This document shows positions 38,004 to 48,056 of a stretch of 64,000 nt of DNA, piece after piece. The notes beneath the pieces are model-generated. The model made no database searches. It worked only from the letters and a program-made list of their open reading frames with translations, and was not told the DNA's origin. Both the position numbers and the translations under genes were made by a program. This stretch comes from Steroidobacteraceae bacterium (lineage in GTDB: Bacteria; Pseudomonadota; Gammaproteobacteria; Steroidobacterales; Steroidobacteraceae), in assembly GCA_041395605.1 (NCBI GenBank), contig JAWLAD010000009.1, positions 14,707 through 78,706 of the forward strand, given 5' to 3'. Position 1 is the stretch's first letter, and each line of letters opens with the position of its first letter.

Positions 38004-38285
38004 ATGCCTGCATTCCAGCCTGCATCGACGCCGGCCCCCACCATCGGCGACTGGTACCGCTACAGCGGCGGAGAATTGTTCGAAGTCGTTGCGATCGACG
38101 ACGACGAAGGCACCATCGAGATCCAGCATTTCGATGGCACGGTCGAGGAACTCGACTTCGATGACTGGGCGGCGAGCTGGCACGACCGCGAGATCGAAAC
38201 GGCGGCAGCGCCCGAAGACTGGAGCGGTTCCGTCGACATGGACGCCGAGGACGACGCGGGCACGAGCCTGCGCGACGCGCGCTGA
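38004..38285 (+). CDS. small acidic hypothetical protein
   Basis: ORF of 93 aa with good GC3 bias. It is very acidic (DDDEGTIEIQHFDGTVEELDFDDW...). I recognise no family with confidence. Confidence 0.5.
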   Translation: MPAFQPASTPAPTIGDWYRYSGGELFEVVAIDDDEGTIEIQHFDGTVEELDFDDWAASWHDREIETAAAPEDWSGSVDMDAEDDAGTSLRDAR

Positions 38286-38286
38286 T

Positions 38287-38676
38287 TCAACGCCGCTCGG
38301 TGCGGGCCAGCAGCGCGTCTGGTTCGATGCCGTCGTCGAGCAGCACATAGTCCCCCTCGATCCGCACCGGCACCGCGACCAGGCGTTTGCCCGCGCACGG
38401 CCCGGCGATGCACAGGCCGCCATCGCGCTCGAACAGTGCGCCGTGCGACGCGCACAGGATCAGCGCCCCGTCTGATGTCAGGAAGCGGTGCGGCTCGGGC
38501 TCGAGCCGGTGGCCCGCGTGCGGGCACCAGTTGACGTAGGCACGCGGACCATCGGAGCCGCGCACGACGAAGCCGCGCAAGGGCCAGTCGCCGCCGCCGA
38601 CCGTGAAGCCGCGGCTGCCATCGCCCAGTTCGCGCAGCGTGCAGAGCACGCGGGTCGTGTCGATGGGCAAGGACAT
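38287..38676 (-). CDS. Rieske (2Fe-2S) domain protein
   Basis: ORF of 129 aa with both Rieske cluster boxes (WCPHAGH and CASHGALF). Confidence 0.8.
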   Translation of the reverse strand: MSLPIDTTRVLCTLRELGDGSRGFTVGGGDWPLRGFVVRGSDGPRAYVNWCPHAGHRLEPEPHRFLTSDGALILCASHGALFERDGGLCIAGPCAGKRLVAVPVRIEGDYVLLDDGIEPDALLARTERR

Positions 38677-38697
38677 GCGCGTCGGCCCGCCCAGGCT

Positions 38698-40014
38698 TCA
38701 GCGCGGTGGCGCTGCGCCGCCGGCGCTGCCGAGCGCGCGATCGACCATGCCGCTGCGCATCATGAACCAGAACAGCAGGATGCCGGGCAACGCCAGCAGC
38801 GTCGTCAGCAGGTAGAAGTTCACGTAGCCCATCGTCTCGATCAGGCCGCCCGCCGTCGTGCCCGTCAGCAGGCGGCCGACGACGCTGGCCGCCGCCGAGA
38901 TCAGCGCGTACTGCGACGCCGTGAACTGCAGGTTGCACAACGCCGAGAAATAGGCGACGACGACGACGCCGCCGTAGCCGCTCGCGAGGTTCTCGAAGCC
39001 TATGGCCGCGGCCATGCCGTAGTTGCTGTGCCCCACGGCCGCGAGCACCGCGAAGCTCAGGTTCGAGATGCCCATCAGCACCAGCGCGATCAGCACCGAG
39101 CGCTTCAGGCCCAGCCGCGCGTAGATCAGCCCGCCGATGAAGATGCCGGCGAGGTAGGCCCAGAAACCGAACGCGACATCGTAGACCGCGATCTCGTCGT
39201 TGCTGAACCCGAGGTCGTTGAACAGCAGCCGGAACGTCAGGTTCGCGAGCGTGTCGCCGATCTTGTGCACGAGGATGAACAGCAGCACGACCCAGGCACC
39301 ATTGCGCCGCATGAACTCGACGAACGGCCCGATGATCGACTGCCACACGGCGCCGAAGCCGCGCCTGTCGTTGACGACGACGTGCCGCGCTGGTTCGCCG
39401 ACGATCAGGCCCGTCAGCATCGCCGGCAACGCGAACGTCGCGCAGGCGATGTAGGCCGCGGCCCAGCCATGCCGCGCCGCGATGTACAGCGCGAGCGCGC
39501 CAGCGGCCGCCGAGCCGATCCGCCAGCCATACTGCGACATGCCGGAACCCACGCCGAGCTGGCGCGGCTGCAGCGTCTCGATGCGGTAGGCGTCGATGAC
39601 GATGTCGTAGGTGGCGCCCGCGATGCCGACCAGCACGGCGGCGACGACCGTGGCCTGGATGCTGGCGCCCGGGTCGACCAGCGCCAGGTTGACGACCGCG
39701 GCGATCACGGCGGTGCCGGCCAGCAGCAGCCATGAAACGCGCTGCCCGAGCCGCCCCAACAGCGGGATGCGCACGCCATCGACGACCCAGGCCCACAGCA
39801 CCTTGAGGTTGTAGACCAGGAAGGCCAGCGTGAACGCGGTGACGGTGCGCTTGTCGATGCCGTCCTGCGCGAGTCGCGTGGTCAGCGTCGCGCCGATCAT
39901 CGCGTACGGGAAGCCCGACGACACGCCGACGAAGAACGCCGCGAGCGTTTCCTTCTCGAAATAAGGTCGCAGCGCGCCGAGCAGGCCGCGCTCCGGCGCC
40001 GGGGTGTCGCTCAC
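38698..40014 (-). CDS. ampG: AmpG family muropeptide MFS permease
   Basis: Tail of ORF 38698-40386, from GTG 40014 (VSDTPAPERGLLGALRPYFEKETLAAFFVGVSSGFPYAMIGATLTTRLAQDGI...). This is typical AmpG N-terminal sequence. The GTGA overlaps the xthA stop. Confidence 0.8.
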   Translation of the reverse strand: MSDTPAPERGLLGALRPYFEKETLAAFFVGVSSGFPYAMIGATLTTRLAQDGIDKRTVTAFTLAFLVYNLKVLWAWVVDGVRIPLLGRLGQRVSWLLLAGTAVIAAVVNLALVDPGASIQATVVAAVLVGIAGATYDIVIDAYRIETLQPRQLGVGSGMSQYGWRIGSAAAGALALYIAARHGWAAAYIACATFALPAMLTGLIVGEPARHVVVNDRRGFGAVWQSIIGPFVEFMRRNGAWVVLLFILVHKIGDTLANLTFRLLFNDLGFSNDEIAVYDVAFGFWAYLAGIFIGGLIYARLGLKRSVLIALVLMGISNLSFAVLAAVGHSNYGMAAAIGFENLASGYGGVVVVAYFSALCNLQFTASQYALISAAASVVGRLLTGTTAGGLIETMGYVNFYLLTTLLALPGILLFWFMMRSGMVDRALGSAGGAAPPR

Positions 40015-40778
40015 AGCTGGTAGTCCATGACCAGCGGCGCGTGGTCGGAGAAGCGTTCGCGCTTGTAGATGTCGGCCCGGGCCGCCGCGCCAAGCAGCCG
40101 CGGCGACGCGATCTGGTAATCGATGCGCCAGCCGACGTTCTTCGCCCAGGCCTGGCCGCGATTCGACCACCACGTGTACTGGTCGGGCTGGTCGTTGACC
40201 TCGCGGAACGCATCGACGAAGCCGACATCGTCGAACAGCTCGTCGAGCCAGGCGCGCTCCTCGGGCAGGAAGCCCGAGTTCTTCTGGTTCGACTTCCAGT
40301 TCTTCAGGTCGATGGGCTTGTGCGCGATGTTCCAGTCGCCGCACAGGATGTGGTTGCGCTTGCGCCGCTTGAGGCCGCGCATCCATGGCATGAAGGCATC
40401 GAGAAAGCGGAACTTCGACGCCTGTCGCTCGGGCCCCGACGAACCCGATGGCAGGTACAGCGACACGACCGCGAGATCGCCGAAGCGCGCCTCGAGATAG
40501 CGGCCCTCGTTGTCGAACTCGTCGACGCCGAAGCCGCGCACGACTTCATCGGGCTTGCGCTTCGAATACAGCGCCACGCCCGAATAACCCGGCCGCACGG
40601 CATCGTGGAAAAAGCTGTGGTAGCCCTCGAGCACGACGTCGTGCCCCTCGTGCTGGTGCACCTGGGCCTTGGTTTCCTGCAGGCAGATGACGTCGGCGTC
40701 GAGCGTGCGCAGCCAGGCGAAGGCGCCCTTGCTCGCAGCGGAGCGGATGCCGTTGAGATTCAGGGTCACGATGCGCAC
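40011..40778 (-). CDS. xthA: exodeoxyribonuclease III
   Basis: ORF of 255 aa. The sequence (V)RIVTLNLNGIRSA...VICLQETK...WSNRGQAWAKNVGWRIDY...SDHAPL is the classic ExoIII pattern. The start is GTG. Confidence 0.9.
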   Translation of the reverse strand: MRIVTLNLNGIRSAASKGAFAWLRTLDADVICLQETKAQVHQHEGHDVVLEGYHSFFHDAVRPGYSGVALYSKRKPDEVVRGFGVDEFDNEGRYLEARFGDLAVVSLYLPSGSSGPERQASKFRFLDAFMPWMRGLKRRKRNHILCGDWNIAHKPIDLKNWKSNQKNSGFLPEERAWLDELFDDVGFVDAFREVNDQPDQYTWWSNRGQAWAKNVGWRIDYQIASPRLLGAAARADIYKRERFSDHAPLVMDYQL

Positions 40779-40795
40779 CGCGTTATCATAGCGGG

Positions 40796-41455
40796 ATGGA
40801 ACAGCACCAACGCAGCTTCATCGAGCTCGCGCTCGCGCGTCGCGCGCTGCGCTTCGGCCGCTTCACGTTGAAATCCGGGCGCGAGAGTCCGTACTTCTTC
40901 AACGCCGGCCTGTTCAACGACGGCGAATCGATCGCCGTGCTCGGCCAGTGCTACGCCGCCGCACTGGTGCGCGCCGGCCTGCCCTGCGACATGCTGTTCG
41001 GGCCGGCCTACAAGGGCATCCCGCTGGTCACGGCGACGGCCATCGCGATGTCGACGCAGCATGGCCGCAACCTGCCCTGGGCCTTCAACCGCAAGGAAGC
41101 GAAGAGCCATGGCGAGGGCGGGCAGATCGTCGGCACGCCGCTCGCCGGGCGGGTCGTCATCGTCGACGACGTGATCACCGCCGGCACCGCGATCCGCGAA
41201 TCGGTCGACCTGCTGCGCGCCGCGGGCGCGACGCCCGTCGGCGTGCTGCTGGCGCTCGACCGGCAGGAACGCGGCCAGGGTCCTCGCTCGGCGGTGCAGG
41301 AGGTCGAGGCCGAGTTCGGGCTCCAATGTGTGAGCATCCTCACACTCGCCGGGCTGATCGAAGCGGTCAGCGGCGGCGCGGGTGATGGGCTTCGCATTTC
41401 GGACGACGATCTCGCCGCACTGCAGCGCTATCGGCAAACATACGGAATCGGGTGA
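40796..41455 (+). CDS. pyrE: orotate phosphoribosyltransferase
   Basis: ORF of 219 aa. The matching sequence is FIELALARRALRFGRFTLKSGRESPYFFNAGLF...GPAYKGIPL...VVIVDDVITAGTAIRES. Confidence 0.92.
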   Translation: MEQHQRSFIELALARRALRFGRFTLKSGRESPYFFNAGLFNDGESIAVLGQCYAAALVRAGLPCDMLFGPAYKGIPLVTATAIAMSTQHGRNLPWAFNRKEAKSHGEGGQIVGTPLAGRVVIVDDVITAGTAIRESVDLLRAAGATPVGVLLALDRQERGQGPRSAVQEVEAEFGLQCVSILTLAGLIEAVSGGAGDGLRISDDDLAALQRYRQTYGIG

Positions 41456-41492
41456 ATTTCCTTAATCCCCCGACAGGTGCACAATCGGGCTC

Positions 41493-42158
41493 ATGATTGG
41501 CCGGCTCCTCATCCTGGCTTTTCTCGCGGCGTTGGCCGCCGCGCCTGCGCTCGCGTCCGACAAGCCGCGCAAGCAGAAGCGCACCCAGGGCGCCGAGAGA
41601 CTGACCTACTCGTGGATCGACGAGAACGGCAATCGCCAGTACGGCGACCGCGTCCCGCCCGAATACGCGAAGAAGGAACTGCGCGTGCTGAACAGCCAGG
41701 GCGTCGAGCTGCGGCGAATCGAAGCGCAGCGCACCGCGGCCCAGCAGATCGAGGACAGGAAGCGCGAGGACAGCGAAGCGCGTCGCGCCCAGCACGACCG
41801 CTTCCTGCTGGCGACCTACACCTCGACCCGCGACATCGAACAGGTCCGCGATACGCGCCTCGCGCAGATCGGACAGCAGCGCGAGTCGACCGAGTCCTAC
41901 CTGGCGACGCTGCAGGAGCGACTGTCGTCGCTGCAGCTGCAGGCGCAGGCCTATCGGCCGTACAACGAGAGCCCGGACGCCCGGCCGCTGCCCGACCGGT
42001 TGGCCGACAGCCTCGTGCGTACGCTGAACGAGGTGCGCACGCAGCGCAACCTGCTGGACGCCCGGCGCTCCGAGGAAGCGGCCCTGCGCTCCCAGTTCCA
42101 GTCGGACATCGACCGCTACCGCCAGCTTCGCAGCGGCACGGCGACCGCGCGCAACTGA
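41493..42158 (+). CDS. DUF4124 domain protein (secreted, coiled-coil C-terminus)
   Basis: ORF of 221 aa. It has a signal peptide, then TYSWIDENGNRQYGDRVPPEYA (the DUF4124 signature), then a charged helical region. Confidence 0.7.
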   Translation: MIGRLLILAFLAALAAAPALASDKPRKQKRTQGAERLTYSWIDENGNRQYGDRVPPEYAKKELRVLNSQGVELRRIEAQRTAAQQIEDRKREDSEARRAQHDRFLLATYTSTRDIEQVRDTRLAQIGQQRESTESYLATLQERLSSLQLQAQAYRPYNESPDARPLPDRLADSLVRTLNEVRTQRNLLDARRSEEAALRSQFQSDIDRYRQLRSGTATARN

Positions 42159-42184
42159 GCTTCGCGCCGCGGCGGTCGGGCGCT

Positions 42185-42661
42185 TCAGCGCGTGCCGGAG
42201 CTGCCGAACCCGCCCGCCCCGCGCTGCGACGCCGAGAACTCGTCGACGACCTGCAGCTCGACCTGGACGACCGGTACCACGACGAGTTGCGCGATGCGCT
42301 CACCCGGCTGAATCGTGTACGCGGCGCTACCGCGGTTCCACGCCGACACCATCAACGGCCCCTGGTAGTCGGAGTCGATCAGGCCAACGAGATTGCCCAG
42401 CACGAGGCCGTGTTTGTGGCCGAGTCCGGAGCGCGGCAGGATCACCGCCGCAAGACCCGGATCCTCGAGCCAGATCGACAGACCCGTGGGAATCAATTCG
42501 GCCCGGGCCGGTTCCAATACGAGCGGCGCGTCGAGGCAGGCGCGCAGGTCGAGGCCGGCGGAGCCGTCCGTCGCGTAGGCCGGCATCGGCCAATCGCGGC
42601 CCATCCGTGGATCGAGGATGCGCACCCGCAATGGCGGGGGTTTGCGGGCCGACGCGGACAT
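42185..42661 (-). CDS. dut: dUTP diphosphatase
   Basis: Tail of shadow ORF 42185-44260, from ATG 42661. The matching sequence is ...[13 protein letters not shown]...[25 protein letters not shown]...[10 protein letters not shown]...[10 protein letters not shown]. Confidence 0.92.
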   Translation of the reverse strand: MSASARKPPPLRVRILDPRMGRDWPMPAYATDGSAGLDLRACLDAPLVLEPARAELIPTGLSIWLEDPGLAAVILPRSGLGHKHGLVLGNLVGLIDSDYQGPLMVSAWNRGSAAYTIQPGERIAQLVVVPVVQVELQVVDEFSASQRGAGGFGSSGTR

Positions 42662-43905
42662 CAGGCGCTGGCGCGCGCCGCGCAAGCGGCACGGTAGCGG
42701 ACGGCGATCAGCGCAACCAGTTCGCGCGCCAGATCCGTCTTGCTGCCGGGGCCGAGATCGTGCCGGCCGCCACCCCACAACACCATCAGCGCATTGTCGT
42801 CCTTCTCGAACACCTTGTCGTCGCCGACTTCGTTGGCGGCGATCATGTCGAGGTTCTTGCGCAGCAATTTGCCGCGCGCGTGCTGCTCGACGTTCTCGGT
42901 CTCGGCGGCAAAGCCCACGACGAACGGCCGCTGCGACGCCGCGGCGACCGTCGCAAGGATGTCGACCGTGCGCTCGACTTCGATATCGAGCGTGCTCGCG
43001 GTCTTCTTGATCTTCTGCGAAGCCGGCGTCGCGGGCCGGTAGTCGGCCACCGCGGCCGTCGAGATGAAGATGTCCGCGCCAGCGACTTCGCGCTGTACCG
43101 CGCCCAGCATGTCGGCTGCGGATTCGACGTCGACGCGGCGCACGCCGGCGGGCGTCGGCAGGTGCACCGGCCCCGCCACGACCGTGACCTCGGCACCCGC
43201 CGCGCGCGCCGCCGCGGCGATCGCAAAGCCCATCTTGCCGCTGCTGCGGTTGCTGATGAAGCGCACCGGGTCGATGCGCTCGCGCGTGGGTCCGGCGGTC
43301 AGCAGCACGCGCAGGCCCGCCAGCGACTGCGGCACCGGCGGCGCCAGCAACGGCGCGACACCGGCAACGAGCTCGAGCGGCTCGAGCATGCGACCGGCGC
43401 CCGTCTCGCCACAGGCCTGGGCACCCGCCCCGGGTCCGAGCAGGGTCACGCCACGGCTGCGCAGTGTCGCCGCATTGGCACGCGTCGCCGCGTGGTCCCA
43501 CATGACTCGGTTCATCGCCGGCGCGACCGCCACCGGCGCTTCGGTCGCAAGGCACAGCGTCGTCAACAGGTCGTTGGCCATCCCGGCCGCGAGTCGCGCC
43601 AGCAGGTCGGCGGTCGCGGGCGCGATCAGGATCAGCTCGGCCCAGCGCGCAAGTTCGATGTGGCCCATCGCGGCCTCGGCGTCGCGGTCCCAGAGGTCGT
43701 CGCGCACCGGCTGGCCGGACACGGCCTGGAAGGTCAGCGGCGTGACGAACTGCGCGGCGCCCGCGGTCATGACGACGCGCACTTCGGCACCGGCATCGCG
43801 CAGCCGGCGCACGAGGTCCGGCGTCTTGTACGCGGCGATGCCCGCACCCACGCCGACGATGACGCGCCTGCCGGCAAACGCCTTGCTGCTGACCGGGAGT
43901 TCCAT
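42661..43905 (-). CDS. coaBC: bifunctional phosphopantothenoylcysteine decarboxylase / phosphopantothenate-cysteine ligase
   Basis: Inner ATG 43905 of ORF 42661-44031. The matching sequence is [22 protein letters not shown]...APAMNRVMW...[13 protein letters not shown]...[10 protein letters not shown]. Its stop overlaps the dut ATG (TGATG). Confidence 0.9.
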   Translation of the reverse strand: MELPVSSKAFAGRRVIVGVGAGIAAYKTPDLVRRLRDAGAEVRVVMTAGAAQFVTPLTFQAVSGQPVRDDLWDRDAEAAMGHIELARWAELILIAPATADLLARLAAGMANDLLTTLCLATEAPVAVAPAMNRVMWDHAATRANAATLRSRGVTLLGPGAGAQACGETGAGRMLEPLELVAGVAPLLAPPVPQSLAGLRVLLTAGPTRERIDPVRFISNRSSGKMGFAIAAAARAAGAEVTVVAGPVHLPTPAGVRRVDVESAADMLGAVQREVAGADIFISTAAVADYRPATPASQKIKKTASTLDIEVERTVDILATVAAASQRPFVVGFAAETENVEQHARGKLLRKNLDMIAANEVGDDKVFEKDDNALMVLWGGGRHDLGPGSKTDLARELVALIAVRYRAACAARASA

Positions 43906-44018
43906 GTCGGGGATTATGGTGGCCGCGCCGACGACGGCGCAAACGGCCGCTGAGTTTTCGTGTGCTGCCGCAAGATTCGCGGCTCGGCAGCGCGATCGTC
44001 CCGGGGCAGCATGGCGCC

Positions 44019-44723
44019 ATGACCTCGACACGATTACCGATCCGCTGCTGGCCCAGCCATGAACGCCCGCGCGAGCGCCTGCTGCGCAACGGCCCCGCCG
44101 GCCTCAGCGATGCCGAGCTGCTCGCGGCGCTGTTCGGCACCGGCGCCGCCGGCCGCGATGCGCTCGAGTTCGCGCGGGCGCTGCTGGTGCATTTCGGCTC
44201 GCTGCGCGGCCTCATGCTCGCGCCGGGCGCGGGCGAAGCGGGCAACCCGCCGGGCGGCATCCGGGGCCTCGGCTTCGCGCGACGCGCGCAGCTCGCCGCC
44301 TGCCTCGAACTCGCCCGCCGCCACTACGCAGAGCCGCTGCGCAGCATGGCCGCGCTCGAGTCTCCCGCCGCGACCCGCCGCTTCCTGGTCGCGCAGCTGC
44401 GCGATCGGCCATACGAAGTGTTCTGCTGTCTGTACCTGGATACCCGGCATCGCCTGATCGCCTGCCAGGAACTGTTCCGCGGCACGCTCGATGGCGCCAG
44501 CGTGCATCCGCGCGAGGTCGTCCGCGAGGCGCTGGCGCGGCATGCGGCCGCCGTGATCCTGGCCCACAACCACCCCTCGGGGGTCGCGGAGCCGAGCCAG
44601 GCCGACGAGCTGATCACGCTGCGCCTGCGCGAGGCCCTGGCACTCGTCGAGATCCGCCTGCTCGATCACGTCATCGTCGCCGCCGGCTCCTGTTTGTCGC
44701 TGGCCGAACGCGGACTGCTCTGA
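44019..44723 (+). CDS. radC: RadC-family JAB-domain protein
   Basis: Inner ATG of ORF 43962-44723. The matching sequence is [28 protein letters not shown]...[21 protein letters not shown]. Confidence 0.88.
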   Translation: MTSTRLPIRCWPSHERPRERLLRNGPAGLSDAELLAALFGTGAAGRDALEFARALLVHFGSLRGLMLAPGAGEAGNPPGGIRGLGFARRAQLAACLELARRHYAEPLRSMAALESPAATRRFLVAQLRDRPYEVFCCLYLDTRHRLIACQELFRGTLDGASVHPREVVREALARHAAAVILAHNHPSGVAEPSQADELITLRLREALALVEIRLLDHVIVAAGSCLSLAERGLL

Positions 44724-44748
44724 GCCCCCCAGTTCGGGGCGCCGGGAG

Positions 44749-44777
44749 TTGCCGCCCGCCGCCGCGGCTGGTATAAA
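44749..44777 (+). promoter_or_regulatory. putative sigma-70 promoter of rpmB-rpmG
   Basis: TTGCCG (44749-44754), a 17-nt spacer, then TATAAA (44772-44777), about 70 nt upstream of rpmB. This is pattern only. Confidence 0.4.
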
Positions 44778-44845
44778 GGCCGCCCTTTGGCCAGCGCCAC
44801 GCGCCCGGTCAATAGCCCAAGTAACTGAATTTCAAGGGAATTACC

Positions 44846-45082
44846 ATGTCCCGCGTCTGCGAACTCACGGGCAAGCGCCCCGCCGTCGGCAATCGCGTCT
44901 CGCACGCCAACAACAAGAAGCGCCGTCGCTTCCTGCCGAACCTGCATACGCAGCGCTTCTGGCTCGAGTCCGAGAAGCGCTGGGTGTCGCTGCGGCTGTC
45001 CGCCGCGGCGCTGCGCACGGTCGACAAGAACGGCATCGACCGCGTCGTCGCCGAACTGCGCGCCGCGGGTCGCAAGATCTGA
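44846..45082 (+). CDS. rpmB: 50S ribosomal protein L28
   Basis: ORF of 78 aa: [34 protein letters not shown]... Confidence 0.95.
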   Translation: MSRVCELTGKRPAVGNRVSHANNKKRRRFLPNLHTQRFWLESEKRWVSLRLSAAALRTVDKNGIDRVVAELRAAGRKI

Positions 45083-45114
45083 GCCTCCGCACCGCATCGC
45101 ACCAGGGCTGAACC

Positions 45115-45270
45115 ATGCGCGACAAGATCAAGCTGCTCTCCTCGGCCAACACCGGGCATTTCTACGTCACGACGAAGAACAAGCGCCTGCATCCCGAGAA
45201 GATGGAAGTGAAGAAGTACGACCCCGTCGCCCGCAAGCACGTGGCGTACAAGGAAACGAAGATCAAGTAA
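45115..45270 (+). CDS. rpmG: 50S ribosomal protein L33
   Basis: Not in the ORF track (51 aa). My own translation from ATG 45115 is [51 protein letters not shown], ending in TAA. Confidence 0.9.
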   Translation: MRDKIKLLSSANTGHFYVTTKNKRLHPEKMEVKKYDPVARKHVAYKETKIK

Positions 45271-45281
45271 GGCAGCGTCCG

Positions 45282-46100
45282 CTGCCCGAGCTTCCCGAAG
45301 TCGAGACCACCCGCCGCGGTATCGCACCGCATGTCGCGGACGCGCGGGTGCGCGAGCTGGTGTTGCACGAACGCAGGCTGCGCTGGCCGATCGACCCAAC
45401 GCTGCCGGCGCGCGTCGCCGGCCGTCGCATCATCGGCGTCGACCGGCGGGCAAAGTACCTGCTGCTGCGCCTCGACGGCGACCTGACGCTGATCCTGCAC
45501 CTCGGCATGTCCGGCAGCCTGCGCGTGCTGCCCGCCGCCACGCCCCGGCGACTGCACGACCACCTGGACCTCGTACTCGACAACGGGCAGGCGCTGCGCT
45601 TCAACGACCCACGCCGCTTCGGCAGCCTGCACTGGACGGAATCCGCGCCCACCACGCATCCGCTGCTGCGGCACCTCGCCCCGGAACCGCTGGGTCCTGA
45701 ATTCACGGTGGACTACCTGTGGCAGACGACGCGTGGCCGGCGGGTGGCGATCAAGCAACTGCTGATGAACGCGCGGCTGGTCGTCGGCGTCGGCAACATC
45801 TACGCGAGCGAGGCGCTGTTTCGGGCCGGCATCCGTCCGCGCCGACAGGCGCGCGGCCTGAAGCGCGACGAAGTCGCGCGGCTCGTCGACGCCGTGCGGG
45901 CAGTGCTCGCCATGGCGATCGAGGTGGGCGGCACGACGCTGCGCGACTACGTCGGCGCCGACGGTTCTCCCGGTTACTTCCGCCAGAAGCTGTTTGTCTA
46001 TGAGCGCGCCGGCGAGCCCTGCCGCGCCTGTGGCACGGAAGTGCGGCACGCGGTGCAGGCCCAGCGCAGCACCTACTGGTGCCCGACATGCCAGCGCTGA
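45282..46100 (+). CDS. mutM: formamidopyrimidine-DNA glycosylase, apparent CTG start
   Basis: The tracked ORF 45348-46100 starts too late. The in-frame upstream sequence from CTG 45282 reads (L/M)PELPEVETTRRGIAPHVADARV, the invariant Fpg N-terminus with catalytic Pro2. There is no in-frame ATG/GTG/TTG between the rpmG stop and this codon. The C-terminal zinc finger is CRACGT...YWCPTCQ. Confidence 0.85.
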   Translation: MPELPEVETTRRGIAPHVADARVRELVLHERRLRWPIDPTLPARVAGRRIIGVDRRAKYLLLRLDGDLTLILHLGMSGSLRVLPAATPRRLHDHLDLVLDNGQALRFNDPRRFGSLHWTESAPTTHPLLRHLAPEPLGPEFTVDYLWQTTRGRRVAIKQLLMNARLVVGVGNIYASEALFRAGIRPRRQARGLKRDEVARLVDAVRAVLAMAIEVGGTTLRDYVGADGSPGYFRQKLFVYERAGEPCRACGTEVRHAVQAQRSTYWCPTCQR

Positions 46101-46822
46101 ACGACGCCAGCCTGCGCGCGCTGCGACGCCGCCAGCGGCGGGCGACGGCGGCGCTCGCGGCGAGCGACCCCGTGCTGGCGCGACTGATCGAGGCGGCCGG
46201 TCCCTGTCGCCTGGAACCCGCCCGCGACCGACCGCCGTGGCAGCACCTGGCGCGCGCGATCGCGCACCAGCAGCTCAACGGCAACGCCGCCGCGACCATC
46301 CTCTCGCGCTTCGTCGCGCTGTATGGCGACGCCGGGTCGTTTCCGACGCCGGGCCAGCTACTGGCGACGCCGGTCGCGACCCTGCGCGGCTGCGGCTTCT
46401 CGGCATCCAAGGTCGCGGCCCTGCAGGACCTCGCGCGCCATGCGCTGGATGGCGTCGTACCGGATACCGCGACGCTGGATGCGCTCGACGACGAAGCGAT
46501 CGTGGCGCGGCTGACCGTGATTCGCGGGATCGGCCGCTGGACCGTCGAGATGCTGCTGATGTTCCAGCTCGGGCGCCCCGACGTCCTGCCGGTCGACGAT
46601 TTCGGCGTGCGAGAAGGCCTGCGCCTGGCATACGGATTGCGGCAGCAGCCGGCACCCCGCGTGCTCTCTCAATGGGGCGTTCGCTGGGCACCGTGGCGCA
46701 GCATCGCCGCGTGGTACTTGTGGCGCGCCGTGGACCTGGCCCGCGCCGGCAAGCTGCCGCCGCCACCACGACCGGCGCCGCGACTGCCACGGCTGCGGCG
46801 CACGCGGCGGGTCAGGCGATGA
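46088..46822 (+). CDS. DNA-3-methyladenine glycosylase II-like HhH-GPD protein
   Basis: ORF 46079-46822; ATG 46088 is preferred. The HhH-GPD pattern is present (LTVIRGIGRWTVEMLLMFQLGRPDVLPVDDFGVREG). It overlaps the mutM 3' end by 13 nt. Confidence 0.8.
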   Translation: MPALNDASLRALRRRQRRATAALAASDPVLARLIEAAGPCRLEPARDRPPWQHLARAIAHQQLNGNAAATILSRFVALYGDAGSFPTPGQLLATPVATLRGCGFSASKVAALQDLARHALDGVVPDTATLDALDDEAIVARLTVIRGIGRWTVEMLLMFQLGRPDVLPVDDFGVREGLRLAYGLRQQPAPRVLSQWGVRWAPWRSIAAWYLWRAVDLARAGKLPPPPRPAPRLPRLRRTRRVRR

Positions 46823-46843
46823 GTCGGGTGCCGCGGGCCCGCG

Positions 46844-47961
<1,118 letters not shown>

Positions 47962-48056
47962 CGCTTGCCTCCGTTCTCGCGGCGAGCGTACCCTAGCCTG
48001 TCGCCGCACGGACGCATCCACGCGCCTGGCCGGCGCCGCTCGAGAGGGGAACCACC

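Noticed and set aside
38060-40228. 722-aa minus-strand ORF and the 562-aa extension of ampG (38698-40386)
   Set aside because: These are shadow frames over ampG and xthA. The true ampG start is the GTG at 40014 that overlaps the xthA stop.
42185-44260. 691-aa ORF fusing dut with upstream sequence, and the 48800-51271 ORF fusing ftsY with the lipase 3' half
   Set aside because: In both cases only the C-terminal part (dut, ftsY) is real. The upstream part overlaps other well-supported genes in a different frame.
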